This document shows, one piece after another, positions 18,954-27,582 of a DNA stretch of 64,000 nt. The notes below the pieces were generated by a model. The model saw only the letters and a list, made by a program, of their open reading frames with translations, was not told the origin of the DNA and ran no database searches. The DNA is from an uncultured Verrucomicrobiae bacterium (GTDB lineage: Bacteria; Verrucomicrobiota; Verrucomicrobiia; Chthoniobacterales; JAATET01). The translations under genes and the position numbers were made by a program. Positions within the stretch are counted from its first letter, which is position 1; every line of letters begins with the position of its first letter. The stretch is from positions 1-64,000 of the forward strand of contig CAVRCI010000001.1 of assembly GCA_963719495.1 (NCBI GenBank), given 5' to 3'.

Positions 18954-19700
18954 TCATTGCGTCTGGTTTCGACACCAGCGCGCGAGCGCCAGCCCCTCCT
19001 CCTTCATACGATTACTCTGCACCTCACCGTGGCCCCAGGAATTCGTCACTGGAAACCCGTAAATTTCCGTTAGCGCCAGCATGATGACCTTCGCGGTCCG
19101 GAGTTGCACCGCCGTCGGCGGCACATGCACGTAGTCGCCACTCTCCTTGCGGTAGCCGCCGTGCAAACTCACGCTGACGGTGTTGCGATTGACCAAACTC
19201 GTTTGGTCGATTCGATTGTTCTTCGCGCTCACGTGGTTTGTTCGTTTGTCGAGTGGCGCTATCTGGGCCGCCCGCCCCTCGCGGCCGACGAGGAAATGGT
19301 AGCCAAAAGTCCCTTGACGCTCCGGATCTTCGTCCCGCTTCTGGGTGTATCGGATGGTCGCTTCGAAGGCCGTCGTGACGCTGGTGTGGTGAAGAATGGC
19401 GCCCGCAAAAGGAGCCTGATCCCGCGTCGCATCGAGGCCGTATTCATACCAGCGTTTCCCATCGATGATGCGCGGTTCCCGTTCGAACCAATACTCGAGC
19501 GTGACGTCCGGGAGGATCAATTTGTGATCGTCTTCCAGTCGCGTGTGCGAATCCGGACCACGTGGCAGACCCATCGAGCTGGTCACGTTGTTGACGTATT
19601 GCTTGATCGAACCGACGACGGAATGAGACCCGCCGCGCGTGTCGTCCGCGATCGTGTCGCTTGCCTCGGCGAAAGCGTCGTTCGTTTGGTCAATGCTCAC
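18954..19700 (-). CDS. N-acetylmuramoyl-L-alanine amidase (Amidase_2/PGRP-like)
   Basis: ILHHT, GYHFLV, RTNHV, VSVSLHG, WGHGEV Zn-ligand pattern. Confidence 0.75.
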   Translation of the reverse strand: MSIDQTNDAFAEASDTIADDTRGGSHSVVGSIKQYVNNVTSSMGLPRGPDSHTRLEDDHKLILPDVTLEYWFEREPRIIDGKRWYEYGLDATRDQAPFAGAILHHTSVTTAFEATIRYTQKRDEDPERQGTFGYHFLVGREGRAAQIAPLDKRTNHVSAKNNRIDQTSLVNRNTVSVSLHGGYRKESGDYVHVPPTAVQLRTAKVIMLALTEIYGFPVTNSWGHGEVQSNRMKEEGLALARWCRNQTQ

Positions 19701-19774
19701 GGTGGTTTTCGATTTGGTTTGAGTCCCTCGGAGACTCCTCGGTGATTAAAAGCCGTTTGAACGCCGCCGACCCG

Positions 19775-20473
19775 CTAGGCACCCGGCAGGTCTCCGCCGA
19801 GGGTGACTCGGCTCCTTTCCTCCAAAAGGGTCTGCGAGAAAAACAGCCGCACCCGCTCGGGCTTCCCGCGGTTCGCGTCGGCCACCGCGAGCAGCGCGTG
19901 AAAGAGCGCGTCGCGGAGCGCCGCGTCCGCCGTGCGGCGCTCGTCGCCCGCCGCGCCGGCCGCCGCCTTCTGACTCGTCTGCGCCCCGCGCACCTGCGCG
20001 TAGGCCGCCCGGGCCGACTCCACCGCCGCCAACCGCGCCGCCCAGAGCTGCCCGTCGAACCTCGCCGCCCGCTGGAGCAGACCCGCCACCAGATCGTTCA
20101 ACCCGTCCAGATTTGCGTCGTGAAAGACCGACAACCCCGCCGGGAAGACCTCGACGTAATCCGCCGACCCGCGCGACAACTCGACGTGCGTCAACGCCTC
20201 GAGCTTGCTGAGCGCCTCCTGCAACTCCCGCCGCCGCTCCCCCGTCACCCGCGTGCGAGCCTGCCGGATGCCCGCCGCCGCCGACTCGTTGGCCAACTGC
20301 CCACCCAGCGCCTCGAAGAGCGGCGCCACCAGCGCGATCACCTCCGCGTAGGTCCCCCCGGCGTCCTGCGCAGCGAGCCGCGGCAGCGCATCGGCGGTGA
20401 AGGCGACGATCTCGTCGCGCGAGATGTCGGTGTCGAGAAACGGGTTACGGGCAAATCGGTCGAGGTCCATCAT
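19775..20473 (-). CDS. Hypothetical alpha-helical protein
   Basis: 232-aa ORF, alanine-rich helices, YVEVFPAGLS motif. Confidence 0.65.
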   Translation of the reverse strand: MMDLDRFARNPFLDTDISRDEIVAFTADALPRLAAQDAGGTYAEVIALVAPLFEALGGQLANESAAAGIRQARTRVTGERRRELQEALSKLEALTHVELSRGSADYVEVFPAGLSVFHDANLDGLNDLVAGLLQRAARFDGQLWAARLAAVESARAAYAQVRGAQTSQKAAAGAAGDERRTADAALRDALFHALLAVADANRGKPERVRLFFSQTLLEERSRVTLGGDLPGA

Positions 20474-20509
20474 GGTCTTGGTTTGGGTCGGTGGTTGGGT
20501 TCAGGTTTC

Positions 20510-20696
20510 CGGAGTCTTCCGGGAATCGGACAAGACTGAGAAATTCGCTCCGGCGATCCGCCGGGAACCGGGAGTCGTCTCGGAATCAGTTCCGAACCCT
20601 TCGCCAGAATCGGAATTCCTCCCAGAATCCATTCCGCGCCCCTCCCAAGAATCGGAAGCTCTCCGGGAATCTCTTCCGCACCGCTTCCGCGAAGGC
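20510..20696. repeat. Degenerate 42-bp-periodic tract
   Basis: gaatc-like cores at 20523, 20565, 20583, 20607, 20625, 20649, 20667 (24/18 alternation over most of the tract). Confidence 0.65.
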
Positions 20697-20699
20697 CTC

Positions 20700-22652
20700 T
20701 CACTTCGCATCCTTCCCGAGGTAGATCTCGACTTGATTCGACACATCCTCGGTCGCCAGTTCGGTCGCCGCTGCGGACTCGACCCGCGCGTTCGTCACTT
20801 CCGGCAGTCCTCCCACCGAATCCAACGCCGCAATGGCCTTCTCCGCCGCCGCCTCGGTCCCCTTCGTCTTCACAAAATACTTCACCGCCGTCTCGGACTC
20901 CGCGTAGTCCGCTCCCTCGACACTCTGGACCTCCGCCCTGGTCCCTTTCTTCGACAGTTCGAGGACGAGATCATCGGCCTTTTCTCGCTGAGCCTCTTCC
21001 GAGATCACGACGGTCACCCCGACCTCTTCCGCACTGGTTTTCACTTCGCCCTCGGCCGTCTTGATCTTCGTTTCCAACTCAGCGGCTTCCTTTCCCTTCA
21101 GCCCCTCACTGACCTGCCGGGCGGCCTGCAAAGCCGCGCTTACCAACGGCGGATTGTTTGACGAACGCGTTGCGACGGCCAGCAACTCCGTCGCGACCTC
21201 CTTCTTACCGTCATCCGTTTTTGATCCAGCCGCCGCGGTCGCCGCGGCGATCGCCACCGCCTGCTCGCCCGTCACGCCCGAGGGCTGGCGGACGGCCCCA
21301 GTTTCAGTCGTGAAAGTCGCCTGGAGGACGGAGACGGGATCCTCCGCTTTCGGCCGGCTGTTCTGCGGAAGCTCAAGCGCCCCCACCACCGTTACGGTCT
21401 CATCCAGTCCTTCCATATCCAGTTCCTGCTCCAAGCCCTGTAGCACGTTCGCGAGGGCCAGGTTCCACAGAGCCGCGTCCGTCACGTCGGCCACCTCAAT
21501 GGGCGTGAAGGTCACCAACCGCGTCCCCGCCAGATCGTAAATCCCATACGCCAACACGCCGCGCCGGTTCTTGCGCACCCACGCTTCCACCCGCAGCTCG
21601 TTCTGTGGAAACGGCGACGCCGCCCCGTCGAACAGTTGCTTCCGCAGCGCCACGCTCCACTCCTTGGCCAGCTTCCGCATCTGCCCGGCATCCGCTTCGG
21701 CTGCCTTATCGGCACCCTCGGCTCCGTCCCCCTCCAATCGCCAGGCTCGCCGCTCGAGTTTCGTGAGCACTTCATCCGCCCGGATCTGGATCATCGGTCG
21801 CGTGATCACCTCCACCGGATCGCCCGGCGGCCATCCGACCCGCTCCGATACCTCCGTCGCTAGCCCCTTCGCCCGATACCATTTCTTCTTCACCACGATG
21901 TCGTGCGATTCCCACGTCAACCAGAGCTTCACCTCCTGCAGCTTGAACCACGCCTCGGGTTTCAATTGGTCGTCGCCGCTCACCCCGGCCACGGTTCGGT
22001 AAAGGTGCCCATCGACGTGAATCTCCGCACCCGGCGTCGCGCGCACCACCACGGGATGCAACCAGCCAAAGCCCACCAACCCAGCGGCCGCCACGAGGCC
22101 TCCTCCCCACCACGCCAAGGTCGTCAGCTTCCACTTCTGCCCGGTGATTGAACGCACATCGCCATACTTCAGGCCCGCCAGCCCCATGAACAGGCCGATC
22201 AAGGCAAACGCTCCGGTCAACGGTTTCTCCCACGATTCCGCCACGAAATTGAAACAAAAATAAAAGAACAGCGTCAGCGTCAGCGCCACCAGCGACCAAC
22301 CCAGCAGCACCAACGGCACCGACAGCTCGTGATCCTTGGGTAGCCGCTCCAGCCGGTCGGTGACTGACTCGCCCCGCAGCAGTCCCCGGTTCAGCTTCAC
22401 CGTCTGCCCCAATTTCCAAGGCCCGCCCACGCTCACCAGGATGTCCTCGTGCACGAGTTCCCGGATCGCCCGCTGAATCCGTTTTTTCTCGTCTTCGGAA
22501 AGCGCCGGTCCGCACCGCGGTCGCCGCATCAGGTCGAGCAACACTTCCTCCGTGAACGCGACACCCTGTTCGTGGCCGTCGTTCACTTCCTCGCGCAACA
22601 GGTCAATGACCCTGCGCTGAAACCGTCGACTGGAAAATAAGAGCGCCCGCAT
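20700..22652 (-). CDS. Hypothetical membrane protein (three TM helices, PEGA-like segment, periplasmic region)
   Basis: 650-aa ORF with three hydrophobic helices then VRATPGAEIHVDG...HDIVVKK. Confidence 0.7.
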   Translation of the reverse strand: MRALLFSSRRFQRRVIDLLREEVNDGHEQGVAFTEEVLLDLMRRPRCGPALSEDEKKRIQRAIRELVHEDILVSVGGPWKLGQTVKLNRGLLRGESVTDRLERLPKDHELSVPLVLLGWSLVALTLTLFFYFCFNFVAESWEKPLTGAFALIGLFMGLAGLKYGDVRSITGQKWKLTTLAWWGGGLVAAAGLVGFGWLHPVVVRATPGAEIHVDGHLYRTVAGVSGDDQLKPEAWFKLQEVKLWLTWESHDIVVKKKWYRAKGLATEVSERVGWPPGDPVEVITRPMIQIRADEVLTKLERRAWRLEGDGAEGADKAAEADAGQMRKLAKEWSVALRKQLFDGAASPFPQNELRVEAWVRKNRRGVLAYGIYDLAGTRLVTFTPIEVADVTDAALWNLALANVLQGLEQELDMEGLDETVTVVGALELPQNSRPKAEDPVSVLQATFTTETGAVRQPSGVTGEQAVAIAAATAAAGSKTDDGKKEVATELLAVATRSSNNPPLVSAALQAARQVSEGLKGKEAAELETKIKTAEGEVKTSAEEVGVTVVISEEAQREKADDLVLELSKKGTRAEVQSVEGADYAESETAVKYFVKTKGTEAAAEKAIAALDSVGGLPEVTNARVESAAATELATEDVSNQVEIYLGKDAK

Positions 22653-22661
22653 CCTTCCCCC

Positions 22662-23249
22662 CTACCCCGCGTTCTCGTTACCCGCGCCGACCCGCGGCTT
22701 GAGCGGATCCTCGGGTCCCGCCGCGCCGCCGGCCGCCTCGATCTGCTTCTCCGTCATCGTGATGTCCTTTTGGATTCCCTTGCTGAACACGTAGGACGCC
22801 GCGCTGATCCCGAGCAGTGCGTAGATCCCGAGGGGGATCTCGGCTGGAAATCTCGGGCCGTGCTCGAGATCGCCCACGATCACGAGCAGCAGACTCAGCG
22901 AAATCACGAACGTGAAGATGAGGAACTGAAACCGCGACAGGCTCGCGTGCCCGCTCTCCTCCGCGATCAACCGGGAAATGTCGATCGTGCGCTCGTGAAT
23001 CCGCCACAGGATCAGCAAGCCGAAGAGCCCGATCAAACCGGTCGCCACGTAGCCGACCACCAACGTCAGCACCGTGAAGGGCGTCGGCGTGTAGTCATAC
23101 TGCACCCAGGCCACGGGGAGGTTTTTCGTCTCCGTCTGCCCATCGGTCGCCTGGGCGAGAGCTTCCGGGCCGATGAGGAAAATCACCGCGAACAGCGCGG
23201 CGGCGAGGATGCGGGGTCGGGCGAAGGAGTTTTTCATGAGTCGAATCAT
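22662..23249 (-). CDS. Hypothetical membrane protein (SLSRFQ...PEIP...LLGIS type)
   Basis: ATG 23249 overlaps upstream TGA; signal-like N-terminus plus 3 TM helices. Confidence 0.75.
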   Translation of the reverse strand: MIRLMKNSFARPRILAAALFAVIFLIGPEALAQATDGQTETKNLPVAWVQYDYTPTPFTVLTLVVGYVATGLIGLFGLLILWRIHERTIDISRLIAEESGHASLSRFQFLIFTFVISLSLLLVIVGDLEHGPRFPAEIPLGIYALLGISAASYVFSKGIQKDITMTEKQIEAAGGAAGPEDPLKPRVGAGNENAG

Positions 23250-23602
23250 CGAGCGGCGGTCTGGACGAACTTCGCGACGGCACCGGCCTTGGCGGTCAGG
23301 TAAAACGTGTTGCTGCCCAGCAGCAGGGCGAGGAGTTCTTCGGGGATCTCCGGCAGGGCGGGACCGGTCTCGAGGGACCGGAAGACCAGCAGAAGGTAGT
23401 AGCCCGCCCCGGCCAAAGTGAGCGCCAGGAGCTGCACCCGGGCCGGGCTGATCCGCTCCGACGTCTTGTCCGCCAGCAGGCCGCGCGTCACCACCCGGCC
23501 CGAGGCCAGCCCGTGACCGATCACCCCGGCAAACCCGGCCAGCAGCCCAAACACGACCGCCATCGTGAAGAGCGCCAAAGTCTGGAAATCCGCCGCGCCC
23601 AT
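23246..23602 (-). CDS. Small 3-TM membrane protein related to the downstream gene
   Basis: ISPARVQLL...LPEIPEELLALLLGSNTFYLTAK parallels SLSRFQFL...PAEIPLGIYALLGISAASYVFSK. Confidence 0.75.
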   Translation of the reverse strand: MGAADFQTLALFTMAVVFGLLAGFAGVIGHGLASGRVVTRGLLADKTSERISPARVQLLALTLAGAGYYLLLVFRSLETGPALPEIPEELLALLLGSNTFYLTAKAGAVAKFVQTAAR

Positions 23603-23605
23603 GAC

Positions 23606-25375
23606 TCAGGAATCCCCCTCTCCGGGCGAAGCACCCACGGCCGCGGCCACCGCCACCGGAATCGCCGAGCCCCCCGACGCAAACTGGCGGAACCGCTCCA
23701 TCGCCGTCGCCAGCGAGCGCTCCAGCCATTCCTCCCCCGATTTCAATCCCGTCGCCTTGATCGCGCTGCCGGGAAAAATGAACGTCAGAACCTCGCCCGG
23801 CACGCTCGCGTTCAGCACGCGCGACCGGGCCGGCGTCGTCCAGGGAAACGGGACCGGCAGACGCTCGTGCAACTGGATCGATCCCTCACCCAGCCGGAAA
23901 AACGGCCCCCGATCGGCGAAGATCGCCGGGGTCACCCCATCCTTGTAAACGACCACCGCAAGATCCAGTGGCCCGATGCCAAATGTCTTCTCGAAGCGAA
24001 GCGTCTCGTCCTTGTCCGCCATCGGCAGCACGACGTAGGGGACTTGCTCGGCGTCGAACTGTTCCTTGCCAACCGGATTCACCGTCGACGTCTCGACCTG
24101 ACCGTAGGGAAAATCGATTGCCTTCGCCCGCGGCGATCCGTCGGCGCAGATCGCCAGCTTCGACTCGAAAAATACCGTCCCGTCCGGGAACCGCAACAAC
24201 GCCCGGCAGCGGCTCGGATCCGTCTTCGCCCGCGGGCTCGCGTCCGCCGCCGCGTAGGCCCGCAGCAAGTGCGCCCCCGGCCCCGGCTCCCCCGGCCCGA
24301 AGTCGATCCCCGCCAACGCTCCCAGCGAGGCCTTGGGCGGCACGTAACCCACCGCGCCGCCCTCGCCCGGGGCAACCGCGGCGGCCGACGCGGCCGACGC
24401 GGTCGCCGGCACGGCGAGGACCGGCACCGGCACCACGCCGAGTGCCACGTCCCCCGCCTCGACCCGCACCAGCGCTTCGTCCAGCGAAACGATGGTGTTT
24501 TCGCCCACTTCGCCGTCCTCCCGCAGCCCGCCGAGACGCTGGAACGCCTTCACCGCCCGCTCCGTCCGCTGGCCAAACCAACCCCGCCAATTCCCCTTTG
24601 GCCCAAGATCCACCGCCGTGTCCGCGCCCGAGTCGGCGAGGCGGTTCAGCCCGTCCTGAACCGTCCCCACCCCGGCCTCGGGCTGCCCGTTCGTCTTGAG
24701 GACCCGATGGCCATCCGCGATCGCCTCGAGGTCCGCCTGTCCCGTGAACAACGCCGAGCGCAGGTGCGTGCTGACCGCACCGCCCATCACCGTCGCCGCC
24801 ACCACCAAGGTCGGCTCGCCGCCCCCCGCCGCACCGTCCTCTGCCCGCAACGCCGCCACCTGCGACCGCAGCGCGTCCCCGACGCGCCCCCGCCCCATCG
24901 CCGCCCCGTGGGTCGTCGCATCCCACGGCCACACCATCGGATCCCACTTGCCACTCTGCGCCACCCCGAGCGTCGATTGCACCTCGCCGTGGCCGAGCAC
25001 GGTCTTCGCCGACACCGGGATCTCGTAGAACTCACAGAGATCCGCCACCACAGCGACCATCCGGTCCCATTGCAGCTTCTTCAGCGGCTTAGCCCCGGCT
25101 TGGAACGGCATCTCCTGGCAACCGACCATGCAACAGCACGCGACGCCAATCGACCGGGTGTTCAAGCCCCTCGTGTGTGCGGCGTAGACCTTGTCCGCCG
25201 TGCTGGCGTTGTCGGCGATGGAATACCGGCCAAACACCACCCGGCCATCCCCCTCGATCAACACGTGGTAAGCCCGCAGATCGACGGCGTTCGCCTCGTA
25301 ATTCCCCTCCGACCAATGGCAGACCACGCGGTCCATCCCGCAGCGGGGAAGCTGAGCAGGATCCAGAACCCGCAT
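23606..25375 (-). CDS. Multidomain cell-wall hydrolase: Amidase_2 + peptidoglycan-binding + GH75 chitosanase-like domain
   Basis: N-terminal VCHWS, YHVLI, AHTRGLN, GHGEVQ, GKWDP; middle GWFGQRTERAVKAFQ...DGEVGENT; C-terminal ICADGS, DAEQVPYVVLP, AIFADRGP, LGEGS. Confidence 0.8.
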   Translation of the reverse strand: MRVLDPAQLPRCGMDRVVCHWSEGNYEANAVDLRAYHVLIEGDGRVVFGRYSIADNASTADKVYAAHTRGLNTRSIGVACCCMVGCQEMPFQAGAKPLKKLQWDRMVAVVADLCEFYEIPVSAKTVLGHGEVQSTLGVAQSGKWDPMVWPWDATTHGAAMGRGRVGDALRSQVAALRAEDGAAGGGEPTLVVAATVMGGAVSTHLRSALFTGQADLEAIADGHRVLKTNGQPEAGVGTVQDGLNRLADSGADTAVDLGPKGNWRGWFGQRTERAVKAFQRLGGLREDGEVGENTIVSLDEALVRVEAGDVALGVVPVPVLAVPATASAASAAAVAPGEGGAVGYVPPKASLGALAGIDFGPGEPGPGAHLLRAYAAADASPRAKTDPSRCRALLRFPDGTVFFESKLAICADGSPRAKAIDFPYGQVETSTVNPVGKEQFDAEQVPYVVLPMADKDETLRFEKTFGIGPLDLAVVVYKDGVTPAIFADRGPFFRLGEGSIQLHERLPVPFPWTTPARSRVLNASVPGEVLTFIFPGSAIKATGLKSGEEWLERSLATAMERFRQFASGGSAIPVAVAAAVGASPGEGDS

Positions 25376-25743
25376 CAGACCAACAGCTTGATTCCCGCCG
25401 CGATGATTTTGTCGATCAGCTGGACTACGCGAGCGACCTTGCGGATGGTATCGACAGCCTTGTCGATGTCCTCCACGGCGTCCTTGGCGAGTTCGGTCGC
25501 CGCCGACAGCTCCGTCTCCAGCCGCTCGAGATTCTGAGTGTTCAGATCGAGTTCCTTCTCCATGAGCTCGAGTGACCGGGTCGCCAACTCGTCGATCAAC
25601 CGATCGATCGGATCTTTCTGTTCGGGCTTGGCCGTGTAGCTCACGAGTGTGAGCTGATCGACCAATTCGGCGATCACCTGGTGAATGTTTTTCCCGTCGG
25701 TGCCTTGTAGCACGTTGAAACTGGTGGATTGGATGTTTGGCAT
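25375..25743 (-). CDS. Hypothetical small helical/coiled-coil protein
   Basis: 122 aa amphipathic helices; stop overlaps the next start (TGATG). Confidence 0.7.
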   Translation of the reverse strand: MPNIQSTSFNVLQGTDGKNIHQVIAELVDQLTLVSYTAKPEQKDPIDRLIDELATRSLELMEKELDLNTQNLERLETELSAATELAKDAVEDIDKAVDTIRKVARVVQLIDKIIAAGIKLLV

Positions 25744-25764
25744 GATCGTTAAATTTGGTCGGGT

Positions 25765-26703
25765 CTAATCAGAGGTTTTCCCGAGACTGTCGGCGAACTT
25801 CCGGGTCTCTTGCGCGTAAGCCACCAAGTCGCGAACGTCGGCGATGAACTCTTCGCTCATGAATTTTCGCGTTTGCACCGATTGGAGCAACGCCGCGTGC
25901 GCCTCGCCCATTTTCGCGGCGGCCTTGGCGATGTCCGAGTAGACTTTCTGCGTCGCGGGGATCTGGCGTTCGAGCTTCTCGATCTTCGCCGCCACCGACA
26001 ACCGCTCGGTGTAAGTGAGAGATTGGGCGTTTCTCTCATAAGCCCTCGACAGTTTTTGCTGAGATGCCCGGAGCGAGGAATACGCAACCCAACCGAGTCC
26101 CTTCGTCTCACTCGCTATCAAAGACGCCACCCGCTGAATGGACGGATCAGCCGCGATCACAATTTCCCGGATTGCCCGCTTCCGCTTGACGAGCACGTAA
26201 CCGTCGGCGGCGACCTTGAAGGCGGTTCCGATCACTTGGAGCCCTTCGTCGGAGAGAGGCAACTCGGAGCCGGTCGCATCTTTCACCGTCGCGGAAAGGC
26301 TCGTGAGATTCTCGACCACCAGCTTCGAGTTCGACTCGATGTCCGACTTCACATCCTTCGACGCCAGAGCCTCCAAAGCCTCCGCGTAATTCACCAGACC
26401 CTTCAGGATTTTTACCCGCGTCTCCAGGCGTTCGTTCTCCTCCGTGATGCCGGCAAACGTCCGCCGATCAATCGGGTCACCCGCCAGCACGGCTGCTTCA
26501 CGACGCGCACTGGTGATTTCCGCGTCGAACGACTCGTAACCCAAGCGCGCGGATTCTCCCACGCTGCGACTGGCCATTCCGAATCGCTCGATCGGCTTCA
26601 GCGGAGCGCAAGCTCCGAACACGATCGAAAAAATGAACAGAGCCGAGATGCCAGAATGGCTCGTTCGACGGAAGGGGTGTGGGAGTGATGAAGTAAATTG
26701 CAT
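25765..26703 (-). CDS. Hypothetical helical lipoprotein
   Basis: Hydrophobic stretch ending in lipobox-like FGAC; LVNYAEALEALA helix; start uncertain. Confidence 0.7.
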   Translation of the reverse strand: MQFTSSLPHPFRRTSHSGISALFIFSIVFGACAPLKPIERFGMASRSVGESARLGYESFDAEITSARREAAVLAGDPIDRRTFAGITEENERLETRVKILKGLVNYAEALEALASKDVKSDIESNSKLVVENLTSLSATVKDATGSELPLSDEGLQVIGTAFKVAADGYVLVKRKRAIREIVIAADPSIQRVASLIASETKGLGWVAYSSLRASQQKLSRAYERNAQSLTYTERLSVAAKIEKLERQIPATQKVYSDIAKAAAKMGEAHAALLQSVQTRKFMSEEFIADVRDLVAYAQETRKFADSLGKTSD

Positions 26704-26922
26704 GAATCTGCGTCGGATACTGGCCGCCACGTCCGCCCCCCACCATCGGGTGGTTCCCGGAAAATCGGCCCGGTCAAACCCTCACCCTCTCCCCGAGCAA
26801 ACCCGTAAAAGTCGCTGGCCATCACCCGGGCATTCCTCTTTCCTACGGAATAAACCATTCACCCTTACGATGTTTTCACGAACCGTTTGCCATAAGCATT
26901 ATCGGGCCACCTCAATTAGAAA

Positions 26923-27558
26923 ATGAAGACCACGCTGCTCCTCGTTGACGATCACGCCGCGATCCGGGAACTCATCGCCTCCCATTTTGCTGATGACATC
27001 CTCTTCTCCGTCGTTGGCCAGGCTGCCAATGGCACCGGGGCGCTCCGGCTGTGCGCTCAGGCACCCCCGAAGATTATGGTCCTCGACCTCGCAATGCCCG
27101 TGATGTGCGGCTTGCTAACCCTCCGTCAGATCCGGCGCCGTTACCCCGAAATCCGCACGGTCATCTTTTCTGGGACCACCAACGAGACGCTGGTCTCGGC
27201 GGTCCTAGCTGAACGCCCACTGGGGTTCGTCCATAAGTCCGAACGCCTCGACACGCTCGCCGAGGCTATTCGCGCCGTCGCGCTCGGTTATTCGTTTCTC
27301 GCGCCCTACGCGACGAAAATTCATCACCATCGGAGGGGCATCGAACACGCCAATCAGAAACCCTTGACGGAGCGCGAACAGGAAGTCCTTCAGCTCATCG
27401 CCGAAGGATCGACCAACAAAGGCATAGCCGGCCGCATGCACATCTCGATCAAGACCGTCGAGCACCACCGCAGCCAACTCATGCGCAAACTCGACCGCCG
27501 CGACATCGCCGGCCTCACCCGCTACGCCGTGAGTCGCGGGCTCGTGGAAGCCCATTGA
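26923..27558 (+). CDS. NarL/LuxR-family response regulator
   Basis: LVDDH, LDLAMP, LTEREQEVLQLIAEG, ISIKTVEHHR. Confidence 0.92.
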   Translation: MKTTLLLVDDHAAIRELIASHFADDILFSVVGQAANGTGALRLCAQAPPKIMVLDLAMPVMCGLLTLRQIRRRYPEIRTVIFSGTTNETLVSAVLAERPLGFVHKSERLDTLAEAIRAVALGYSFLAPYATKIHHHRRGIEHANQKPLTEREQEVLQLIAEGSTNKGIAGRMHISIKTVEHHRSQLMRKLDRRDIAGLTRYAVSRGLVEAH

Positions 27559-27582
27559 TCAGCTCCCGACGAGGTGAATTCG

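Noticed and set aside
23250..23729. N-terminal extension of the 22662-23729 ORF
   Set aside because: It overlaps two better-supported genes; ATG 23249, coupled to the upstream stop, is the likelier start.
18954..26703. Prophage lysis region
   Set aside because: No capsid, tail, terminase, integrase or recognisable spanin genes nearby.
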